From Asterionella formosa (taxonomy: Eukaryota), in the NCBI GenBank assembly GCA_002256025.1, contig NKIB01004673.1, forward strand, positions 62,001-126,000: a DNA stretch of 64,000 nucleotides, in the 5' to 3' direction. The notes under the pieces were generated by a model. The model was not told the DNA's origin. It saw only the letters and a program-made list of their open reading frames with translations, and did no database searches. The translations under genes were made by a program, and so were the position numbers. This document shows, in pieces, positions 24,201 through 34,595 of this stretch (position 1 is its first letter; each line of letters begins with the position of its first letter).

Positions 24201-26917
24201 CCCTTCCCTGATCTTGAAACCAACAATCCATAGTCCCATTCATAATGTGGGTTGCATGAGTGTCATGAATTTTCTGAGTGACATTCAGTGGGAGTAGGTC
24301 TGCAAGATTCTTCAAAATATTCACATAATCAAGTCTAATATCCCCAGCCTTCACCTTTCTTGAATGAAATGATATCTCATACTATCAATGTGTTTAGGTC
24401 ATGAACCAAGCTGTTGATTCTTTGATAAAAATATTGTACCTTATTGTCTTCTGCAATGATGCTGGGCATTTCCACATATTCAACTTCATTGAGTAGATTC
24501 ATTATAAAAGCAGTTTCCTTTGATCCATCTTAAAAGAGCGACATACTCTGCTTCAGTGCTGGAAACAGTAACAATCTTTTGTCCTTTAGAAATCTAATTC
24601 ACGAGAGATGAACCACCAATGGTGCCCAAGTATGCACTTGTCGATTTCCTGGTATCTGGATTGTCCCCAAATGAGCTGTCTACCGCATCTTGAACTCATA
24701 ATTCATATGGTTGTCTCATTTTCAATTTCCTGTTCCTTTCATCAGTTCCAATGAAACCTGACAAACGTTCAAAAGCACACCAATGAGCTTCTCCTGGATT
24801 CTCTAAATGTTAAGAAAGTTCCCAACATGCATTTGCGCATACTGGTCGAACTTTCTTCACAAAATACAACAATTTTCCTACCATTGAACGATATTCTTTA
24901 TGGAGAGTCACTTTGTCTGGATTCTTTCTGAGAACAATTCGTGGCAATGCTGTGGTTGATGCATCTCTTGGATACTTTCCAAAATTATCATGATAATCTC
25001 TGAGCATAACATCCACACAATCCTCCATGCTCAACTCCAAGTAGCATCACTTTATCTTGGCCCCAATTGTACCACACTCCCAAATGTTTCTTCTAAGGGC
25101 CCTCCTCCTTCATTGTGACGAGTTTCTTGATTTCATTTTTGAAGCATTTAACATCGTTTGGCTTTTCAGCAATTGCACAATCATCGACATGTTTTCCTTG
25201 ATGAAGAATACACACGGAGCTCCCTTGCTTTGCCGCAATCCGACTTTGGTTAAGTTTTGAGCTATCTTCTTGAAGAATTGTAGCGCTGCTTGAACTGTGC
25301 CATACATGGCCTTCTCCAACCTAATGCATTTGTTTTTCATTGTTTCTTGTGTTTCGAAACCAAATCATTTCCGCCTGGGCAAATTCCACAAGTTCCTTGG
25401 AAACAGAACAACACATCCGAATGATTGCATTTGAAATCTAGCATCTAAGTTTTTCCCGTTTTGTCAAAGTCATTTTGTTGTGCTTCATTTCAAGTTCGAG
25501 TTTACCATCATGTACAAAAGTACCAAGGCTGATGATATTCTTATGAAAGGTAAGTGTGTATAGGACATTTTTCAGCAAGAGTGTCTCATTGGTCACTTTT
25601 TTTCACACACAGACAACTCCGCATTCCTTGCAAATGAATTCTTTTCCATTGCCTACAACAACGCCTACATTGACTTCTTTCATATTTGTCTTGTAATTAT
25701 TGCACATAGTTATATGACTGGTAGCGCCTGTATCTGTTAACAAACGTTCATTTTCATCACTTGACGTGCAGATTTTACTCTCACTGTTTTGGATGCTTTC
25801 ATGGTGTGCTTGATTGATCTCTTCACCCACAATTTTAATCATCACTCCAACAAATGCATATTCTGTTTCCTTGTATGTATTTTAAACCTTGGTCCATAGT
25901 CCAAAAACGTCTTGTTGTTTGTTGTCAATTCAATTTTTCAAAATCAACATCTGTATTTGACTTTTCTTCATGAATTTCGATTGTTTCAACAGTACCAACA
26001 AACATGCCAGTTTCTTTCTTTTCCTTCGTTTTCTTTTCTTTGGAGCAATCCTTAGCAATGTGTGCAGCGTACGTGCTGCACTTGAAACATTTGACACTGT
26101 GTCTTTTGTTTCTTTGTTTGCACCTGCCATATTGTTCTTGGATCGGCACCAGTTGGCTGCCTTTTGTTCTTGATTTCCACAATTCTTGCATAGTCCCTTG
26201 AATTTATTATTTGCAAACAAAGCAATATCGTTGGTATTTGCATCCTTGAACTTCCTTTTGTAGAATGCACGAAGTTTCGATTTCAATTCTGATAAAGTAA
26301 TAGTACCCATTCCTTCAATAACAGTAATGTCTTCACTGTATTCTTAAGGTAACTTATTCTCATCAGGTACATAATGACTTCAACCTCTTTCTTTTTGAAT
26401 GATAAATCAATTTGACGCATCCTGTTCCTGATGTTATCTAGAGCAATGAACCATTCATCTGAGTCTGCTTTAGTACTATACAAAGTACAAATGTTGAATT
26501 CGCCTTTTAGCTGAATCAAATCAGTAACTTGATGAGGAGCATATTGATCCTCCAAATACTGCCAGGCAAGAAAAGCATCTCCATGCATCAAATTATCTGT
26601 CTTGGCTGAGATCGCAATCCCACTGACATCAAGAATCAATAGCTGATATGCCTTGATCAGTAAACACCAAATAGGCATCATCATCGATTTGCTTTGTATC
26701 TTTGACATACACATGCCTAAAACCTTTAGATTTCGCAAGCTGAAGAGTCTTGATACTCCGCTCATGCCAAGCAGTCGCGCTTCCATCAAACTTGATCAAG
26801 TGAACAGTCTAACCTGATTTCTCATCGGCCATAACCATGTCTCTAGACCTGTAGGTTTTTTTAAAACTTGTTAAATTGTTAGTTGAAATATCGCTCATCT
26901 TATGTTTAAGATCACTA

Positions 26918-27244
26918 AAGCTGAAAACGTATTTTCACTTTACACTTTGCGATATTGTGAGCTATCTGTTAAAAGTCTATCTAGTCTTGTTCTTGCCTGG
27001 TTACTCATGTAATCCTGGACAAGAAATCTTACCCTTCCTTGATCTCATCAATATGATCTTGCTTGGTTGCATATTCATTTGTCAATAAATAAGCATCGCA
27101 TATTCACTTGACAATAAGTGAGCATCTGATTCATTTGTCAACAAGTAAGCATCTCAAATCATCTGTCAATATGCGTCACTTGTCTTGGTTTCTAATCACT
27201 AAAAATATAGATCCTTGACTTGTTGGATTCCATATATTTTATCA
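26918..27244 (-). repeat. 5' LTR (alignable part; may extend to ~26840)
   Basis: Aligns with 23914-24200 and carries extra copies of an internal tgtcaataagtaagcat-like repeat. Confidence 0.85.
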
Positions 27245-27646
27245 GACATCAAACTTGGAGATGATGACAATGGACACAAACAGCCAAGGCGATCAGAACT
27301 GAACAGGTCGACTGGGAGATTGAGTTTGACTTGAGCTCACTCATGTGCCTTCTAGAAGCAGTTGAAAGGGCAACATTATTCTGTTTAGTGAAGACCACCA
27401 AAACGTCTTTCTATCTGCATTTGTGTCTTCATTAAACAAGTGCAATTTCATGATTAGATTTAACATACTTTAAAAAAATTGCCAACCTCAATAAAAAACT
27501 GATACATGATGAAGAATGTAGAAATTTGTACTTTGTAGTATCGCAAATTCCCTTTCCAGACAAATGGTCATCACTGTACAGAGAAAAACACTTAACCTCC
27601 CTCTCCTGTCAAAAAGTAAAAAGTTGAGCTCAATTTCGCATTACAA

Positions 27647-28624
27647 CTAAAATTGGACATCATCTGCATTTACTTGGTCCTCTTCATCCTCAACTCTGAC
27701 ACGAAGTCTTTCTCCCAATTCCATGAATTCTCCGGGGGCAACAAATCTTTCCAATTCCATGAAATCCATGGGATTGGGTACATCGAGAACTAAGAAAGGA
27801 TGTGCAACAAACCTTTGATTCAACTCATGATCACTGGTAGGATTGCGTGATAGGTGATGGGAGATTAGTTCACTGCTATTTCCAAGAAATGCATCGCAAA
27901 TTTCAATCAAAGCTCCAAGAGAGACAATGTCAATGGATATTCCAATTGATTTAAAAAGTTGAACTAGGTGTACGTCTAGTGCAATGTCACTTTCCACTTG
28001 AGTTCGGAGTGCCTGAGTCGTTGCTTTGAGTACATTAAAGTGAAACGGAGTCCCATCCTTCAAGGCTCCTTCCTGCCCCAAAGCTTCAAAGTTTTTGGCA
28101 ATGCGCTTGTCGGAAATGTCGAATATGACAAGATGAGCTGTCATGTCCTTTACATTCAGCGAGTGCCCTCCACCTCCCCCAGATTTCTGGAAAATATGAT
28201 ACGTTTCCGATTCAATCGGATTAAAATATAGGCGAAGATCAGTTTCATAGTGTTCAGCAATTGTAGATTCAAACACGATTCTATTGGGCTGGTTGCTTCG
28301 TTTCGCTATGATGTATACTTGGCCTTTACGGTTCCCCCAGCCCTGATCGACCCACCTGGCCCGAATAATCACACTGTGGACTCGATTGCAAAAGGGCAAC
28401 GGCAAGGACCGAACCAATTTATGTAAGTCGCCATTTTCTACATCCCCGTGCCATGTTGCATTCAATATGAGTGGAACCGATAAACTTAAAAAGGAAAGGG
28501 ATAGGTTCGCATGAATCTGTTTGCTGCACCGCGAGAATCGCGAGGCGTCACGATGGTTTAGAAAGGTCACTAGGTTCTTCTGCAGCTCAACCGGAAGACT
28601 GCAGCAACTTGGTTCTTCGTCCAT
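27647..28624 (-). CDS. F-box-like protein
   Basis: Probable start MDEEP at 28624. N-terminal SLPVELQKNLVTFLNHRDASRFSRCSK is F-box-like and is followed by a WVDQGWGNRKG motif. Confidence 0.7.
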   Translation of the reverse strand: MDEEPSCCSLPVELQKNLVTFLNHRDASRFSRCSKQIHANLSLSFLSLSVPLILNATWHGDVENGDLHKLVRSLPLPFCNRVHSVIIRARWVDQGWGNRKGQVYIIAKRSNQPNRIVFESTIAEHYETDLRLYFNPIESETYHIFQKSGGGGGHSLNVKDMTAHLVIFDISDKRIAKNFEALGQEGALKDGTPFHFNVLKATTQALRTQVESDIALDVHLVQLFKSIGISIDIVSLGALIEICDAFLGNSSELISHHLSRNPTSDHELNQRFVAHPFLVLDVPNPMDFMELERFVAPGEFMELGERLRVRVEDEEDQVNADDVQF

Positions 28625-29175
28625 CTGGAGATAAGTCTGCTTGCTCACGTGCTGTTTATTCAATGTGATGTGGTTGAAACGCGTTGGTTTATCTTTAGCA
28701 ACACTGTGATGCGGATACAACAAAAATAAGTCATGATTGACGAAAGAAACAGCACACCGGAACGACATACCGGTAACGTCAACACACTACCAGGTACCTG
28801 ATACTATTGTCTCGTTGTCCGTTTCGTCGTCCTTCACATGTAGCGGGTACCGGTACCTGGTACCAGTACCCTGGTACGGTACTGGTAGTCCTTGTAGCTT
28901 CGTAGGAACTGAGCGGGAATTAACTCATGCGAAAGCATAGAATGATAGAATAGCGAGCCAAGAATAAAGGATAAATTGCATAAATGGCTTTTTAGTTCAG
29001 TGCTACATATAGTTTTACGTGTCCCATTCCTGAAATCTGGGTCCGTATCCAATCTCCGGGTTTCACGGTTATCGAGATGCACTTTGCGTTGGCCGGGGTG
29101 ACGCTCAGACTGCTTGTCTGAATCTGAATCAAAGAATTGTGCCCTTCACCCTTGTGCTATAATCACTGACGATTT

Positions 29176-29387
29176 GGGAATGGCTTACCGGTAGTGGTTA
29201 AGCACGTTGCCTTTGATCTGAGGTTGTAAGGTTGGGTTCGACTCCCACACTCCTCACTGTCCTGCACGGTCTTGCGTGGTGGACAAGAAATAGTGGGTTG
29301 CCCCCCTACAAGCAGCTTGTGCCACCTTCCTAGGCACTCGGAGTTTCCCTAATGCTGTGGCTAAGACAATCACCTTTTGCAAAAGTT
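29176..29387 (+). mobile_element. tRNA-derived SINE copy 1, 5' part (interrupted)
   Basis: A-box-like TGGCTTA[CCGGTA]GTGG and B-box GGTTCGACTCC. Body aligns with the reverse complements of 44950-45296 and 56143-56509. Confidence 0.85.
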
Positions 29388-30113
29388 CGTCTGTAAAAAA
29401 AACCGTTAGGCCTAACACTTTTGCTGTAAGACCCACTGCCCCAAAAATTCTCAGCATGATGTATTATCTTTTTATTGATCATAAAAAAAACTGATTGATC
29501 ATACAGAAATACTGATTGATGTTGTTTTGGTGTTTGATCTAAAGATAGTAATCATGAGATCAAGTCAGTTATTGATTTGGTCTAACCTTTCTTGGAATGC
29601 TAATATCAAATAAAATTCTTAGCTTTTGATCTAACATTCATTACTACTGATCTAACTTATTTCTCGCATTGATTAAACCTACTATTATCATGTTCGATCA
29701 ATGATGAACACAAATCGAATTATATGGATTGCTATTTAATACTCAAATATTCTACTTCTGGTCACCCATACTTCCCACTGTGCATCCTCTATCAGAATGA
29801 GCACACAGTGCTCTTCAATACCTTAATTTTCACTTCCGGTAGCTAGCTAGTATGTTTAGATCATTGCCTCTTCAAAATGAAATGAGAGAGTAAACGAAAT
29901 TGATGATGCTTGTTCGAACCTCTACCATTGCGAATGGCAGCAAGTCACATTCTCCAATGTTCTTGTACGACTTTCCTGTAAGAGATAAGAAAAACAATCT
30001 TAGCAAAACTGATGCATCAAGTAAGCAAGGCAGCCATCTAAACGTAGATATGTGCAACGAAACAATCACATGAACAATCCATCACTCCAATTTCCGTATG
30101 AGCAGGCAATGTG

Positions 30114-30705
30114 CATATTACTTACCTGTGCTCTCATGGTTGATTGTTGCTTCCATTCAGAATGGTAGCAAGCCACATTCTCCAAGGTTCCTGTATGATT
30201 TTGAGGAGCTAATATCAATGTTAGCAAAAGTGTTGCGACGATTAAAGCATCTCCCCCAGCCACACATGGCTGTGCCATGAACTGATGACATAAAAAAATT
30301 TTATAGTAACTTCATGTCGTTCTAATCGACATAACGAGCATCAAATGAGAGTATAGTAACTTACCTATGCTCTCACTGTTGATTGATGGGTGACAGGGTA
30401 GCCTTGTTAACCCTCACATCTGCATGTATGGAAGGGAAAGCATTGTGCACAAAGATATTACTTACGTCGTAATTAGGTTGATTTTTATCGTTGGTCCTGA
30501 GGAAGTGTAAAAACTTTGAGTGATAGCAGCGCACACGAACAGCGATACAATTTTATAGTTTGCTTCGGGTCTCACACGGTACCTAACTTTTTCGAAGGAA
30601 CATTTAATACCCTACCAGTATGTATGATTAGATAAAAAAATACATGACTTGTTAACAGGAATTCGAATACGGTAGTACCCGATATACTTCCAGTTGTCAT
30701 ATCCC
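30114..30705 (+). repeat. Dispersed repeat, paralogous to 1635-2497
   Basis: Direct sequence identity with the copy at 1635-2497. Confidence 0.9.
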
Positions 30706-30713
30706 TATTTAGT

Positions 30714-31086
30714 AACTGTACCTATTACTACTCTGGAACTGTGAAACTGTAGGTTTGCCTTACCAGCATTCCCTTCTTCCCCTTGTCTCAATACCCGGTC
30801 GGAACATGATGTGGTTACTGTGAAACTGTACCTATTACTACGCTGGTACTGTGAAACTGTAGGTTTGCCCTACCAGCATTCCCTTCTTCCCCTTGTCTCA
30901 ATAACCGGTCGGAACATGACGTGGCTACAGTGAAACTGTATGTATTACTACGCTGGTACTGTGAAACTTTAGGTTTGCCCTACCAGCATTCCCTTCTTCC
31001 CCTTGTCTCAAAACCCGGTCGGAACATGAGGTGGTGGCTACAGTGAAACTGTACCTATTACTAAGCTGGTACTATGAAACTGTACC
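30714..31086 (+). repeat. Tandem repeat, ~110-bp unit, ~3.3 copies
   Basis: Unit starts AACTGTA(CC/TG)TATTACTA at ~30714, 30824, 30934 and 31047; each full unit contains TACCAGCATTCCCTTCTTCCCCTTGTCTCAA. Confidence 0.95.
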
Positions 31087-33400
31087 TTTGCGCTACCAAT
31101 CTAATGTCCATTACTGAGTATGTTGGTGCTGCATCGCTTCTGATCCAGCACTTCTTGCCCACTGTATAATCCAATAGTTGACAGACCATTATCCCTTTTT
31201 GCTTCCTTGTTCTGTCACAGTCATGTTTTTCTTGACAACTTGACATTTGCACGCTATCGATAGTGCAAAATATCACTTGTTATCTGGAATGGCAAATGTT
31301 CCGAGTGCTACAAGGAATGGAACAATCTTGGTTGTGAAGGAGATACCAATCGCAGATTTTTCAATCAGGAAAAACGTGTTTCTATGGCGTATTTCATGTC
31401 TGTTCAAGAGACAACGGAAGAGTAAGGAACGACTCTTACTGGTTAGATACTTTGATCATGATGACAAAGGCAAGGAGAAGAGACTAGATGACAGTGTCCT
31501 GGATTTCGTTCTCAACAAATTCTATGTGGTCCTAGAGTCTGGCTTGTTTAACAAAACATCATTTGAAACTTCAAGGAAATATCGGAATCATATAGGACCA
31601 GCAGGGATGATTTTATGGAAAACTCACTTGCCTCAAGATTTTAGACTACATCAGAAAGACAACAATATGCCACCAAATGCACTCATGAACTACATCCAGA
31701 CTGGCGACCATGTCCTGTTTCAATATTTCCAACTCCTTACTGGGCGGATAAATGGGACAAATCACTTTCCTCCTCGACCTGTTTTTTTTACTTTCCCAAT
31801 CACTCCTACAATTTCGGAACTTTTTGGTGACAAGTCATGAACTGCTTCTTCCGTATCGGCAACCATGTCTGGAGTTGCCTTGTTTAATTTTGCATTTTGC
31901 TTTTGCTTTGGAAGGGGAGATTTTATATCAAGTCTATCAGATTTGATAGACTCAATTAGACGCTCTAAGGAAGTAGAAACAAGATCTACCATGGGCATAC
32001 AAGCAACACAATCTTTACTTCTTGGAATGGTATTGGGAGAAGATCAACTGGCATCAACTATTTCGTTTTCACTCGCCTGTGTCAATGCATAAATGGAGAA
32101 TACACGACGTCAGTGATCTTTATTTGGAATGACAGGTATGATGAATTCCATCGCCTTGTCAGGAAAAAAAGTTTCCCAATATTGGCGATGCTTCTCAAAT
32201 GTGACCGTAATGGTTTACAGAAGCTTGTTCCTCTTTTCTTCTGTATCAATACCCAGCACCAACAATATTAGTAAAAATACAGGAATCATTTGAACGCCCC
32301 AATAACGGAGAAGTTAATCAACATCATTGGACTCATTTCGACAACCATTGTTGCTGTACGACATTGGAATCAGCTATTTATTGAATAATGGTTCTGGTAC
32401 CCTCATAAATATTTTACACTACTTCAGAGTGGCGAGAAGATATGTGTGGGACAAGCTACACTACGTATATATAAGCTATATAAATATAGCGGTCCCTTTG
32501 TGGAAAGTAGTATTTGTGTGGCAATGGGGTTAGGCTGTCCTATATATTGCCTCTGATGTTTCCAATAAAGATATTTCTTAAAATAATGGGATAGTACAAA
32601 GTTACAATTGTTATTTCGAACCCCCTGCTATTCAAGGTTCATGTGGTGCTACTATTTCCTGAATGAAATGAAGCTACTTCCTGATTATTGATGTTGCGGC
32701 TCTTTTTCTGCAGCATACAAACGTGCTCGCCAATAGCTAGTCAATGAGAATGTAAGACCCATGGCTAATTAAGGCCATGAGCAACAAAATGCATCGCCAT
32801 CTGGTCCATCTTCACTTTGATCCAAATCTCATCTTGAAGAACAGATTCGAAATACGGATCGATGTTCGCAATTGGCGAATTATGATCAAAAGGTATTATC
32901 TTCTTGATTTCAGTTGGAATTGGAATCGGGTATGACCTTCAATGCATCGCTCTCCAATTCTGCCGTATAAATTGACCAAAGCTTTTGATTTCGAGTAACA
33001 AACAAGCAATCAGACTTCGCCAGCATAATTCCCCATCAATATCGAGACCATATCATTCGTTATAAGACTGAGATCATCGTCGTCCCTGCACGAAGGTAGC
33101 TCGTACAGGATTGTTCAACAAACGCACATGATGGCTTGTAAGAAATTCGATTACTGATATGCAAATGGAGAGATAATGACGAATACTACCAGTACAAGAA
33201 TTGGATCAAAGCATGTACCGGTAGAGCATTCAAATCGGAATGGCAACAAGGAACGCACCGTTGTTGCACAGAATTCATTCTGATAGCATCGTTGGGTACA
33301 AGGTTTACATACACGTAAGGTGATCTGTGTTAAGTCATAACCTTCGCTAAAACAATAATTGATCAAAGAACAACAGCTATTGATCAATCAAACAACGTAT

Positions 33401-33735
33401 CAATATATCAGAGCATTTGGTTAGCATATCAAATTTGATAACTAATTTATATGACTTCTATCTATGCGTAACCTGACGTGTGTAAGAAAGCAATCTGACA
33501 AACAAAGTTGATTGACCACACCAACACGATCATTGATATATCAAAATTATCATCAGCATAACACAACATTTGATCAATATATCAACAATTTTGGTTAACT
33601 GATTAGATTTGGTAGCTAATATATACGAGTTCTTGTATACGCATAACCTAACATGTGTATGCTACTAACCTAATGTACAAATTTGATTGATCATACAGAT
33701 ACTGCCGTTGATATATCAAAATTATCATCAACATG
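33401..33735 (+). repeat. Diverged ~175-bp tandem duplication next to the right TIR
   Basis: caatatatca...taacct..gtgt...ttgattga...ttgatatatcaaaattatcatca occurs twice (from ~33401 and ~33575). Confidence 0.75.
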
Positions 33736-33817
33736 TCAAAATATTTGAATAATCAATCAGTTTTTTAACGTATGCTGAGTAAAACGTTAGATCTAACGGA
33801 AAATCTATTCACAGACG

Positions 33818-33900
33818 GTGGTTGGGGACTCACCTATGCTAGCAAAACTAGGAAAGCACAGTTCTTGTCTGCAGGTACCAGGTAGCACAATGGAACTTCA
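33818..33900 (+). mobile_element. tRNA-derived SINE copy 1, 3' part
   Basis: GTGGTTGGGGACTCACCTATGCTAGCAAAACTAGGAAAGCACAG continues the family sequence from 29387. Confidence 0.85.
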
Positions 33901-34093
33901 CAACCTCAACAATTGTCGAGTTCTTTAAAAATAGCGAATTTACTTCATAATTTTATGTGTATACACTGATGGTAGACCGGTATTTATTTTTGCCATGTAT
34001 ACCGGTACCCGTATGGGTTTCTGGGAATCAGTGAAATTATAGTAACAAATGTATTCATCACATCAATTCTTTCTTACGTAAGTTGAAAGCACC

Positions 34094-34492
34094 ATGAACC
34101 TAATCTACAAAACAATTCTCGCATTGCACATCATGTCTTCCTCAGCTTTCCCCCCGACAAGCACGCTTGCATTTGCTTCTGCCAATAGTGCCAGTAACAG
34201 TGGTGATTCCAGAGAAATTCCCCTTCTGCCCGGAGCAGACCCCGACTCCAAACTTCCCACCATCCAGCTGGGCGAAACTATTAGCTTTCAAGAAATGGGC
34301 CCTGTGATTATCAACGCTGATGGTACTACGAGAAGAATCAGTAATTGGGATACGCTGACTGAGCACGAAAGAGAGGTTTCCTGGCGACGCATCGCTAAGC
34401 GAAATGAGGAACGACGAGCGAAACTTCTCGAGGAACAAGCCCATCAGCCACCAAATGAGGGAACGATGGAGCAAAGTGAGATTGAAAAATAA
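34094..34492 (+). CDS. Small conserved-looking protein, possibly plastid-targeted
   Basis: 132-aa ORF with a signal-like N-terminus, SSA|FPP and a Ser/Thr-rich stretch (ASAFAP-like). Core MGPVIINADGTTRRISNWDTLTEHEREVSWRRIAKRN. Confidence 0.7.
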   Translation: MNLIYKTILALHIMSSSAFPPTSTLAFASANSASNSGDSREIPLLPGADPDSKLPTIQLGETISFQEMGPVIINADGTTRRISNWDTLTEHEREVSWRRIAKRNEERRAKLLEEQAHQPPNEGTMEQSEIEK

Positions 34493-34595
34493 TACTTCCA
34501 TCACGCATCGTACCTATCGTTCTGCACACTGGAAGCTGAGAAAACATCTGCAGAAAGCGAATAATTTCTATCGAAGCTAAATTAGATTGTTGCTT

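Larger units (their letters stand above)
23914..27244 (-). mobile_element. Degenerate Ty1/Copia LTR retrotransposon
   Basis: Direct terminal repeats, and a PPT (CAGGGAAGGG, 24210-24201) abutting a TG-starting 3' LTR. Gag from ~26833 (MADEKIR) with zinc knuckle CFKC..AHIAKDC, protease DTGATSH, RT LEKAMYGTVQAA / HVDDC / YRSMVGKLLY, and an RNase H remnant. Many stops and frameshifts; integrase core not found. Confidence 0.92.
29388..33817. mobile_element. 4.4-kb TIR DNA element inserted in the SINE
   Basis: Imperfect TIRs: left CGTCTGTAAAAAAAACCGTTAGGCCTAAC, right reverse complement CGTCTGTGAATAGATTTTCCGTTAGATCTAAC, with further inverted matches (CTCAGCAT, AAAAAACTGATTGAT). The SINE sequence resumes immediately after 33817. 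Confidence 0.8.

Noticed and set aside
30800..31060. Hammerhead ribozymes in the tandem repeat (ATGANGT...GAAAC)
   Set aside because: The core should be CUGANGA; here the C and the final A are missing, and stems I-III could not be formed.
30714..31086. CRISPR array
   Set aside because: The whole unit is repeated with no unique spacers, the context is eukaryotic, and no cas genes are present.
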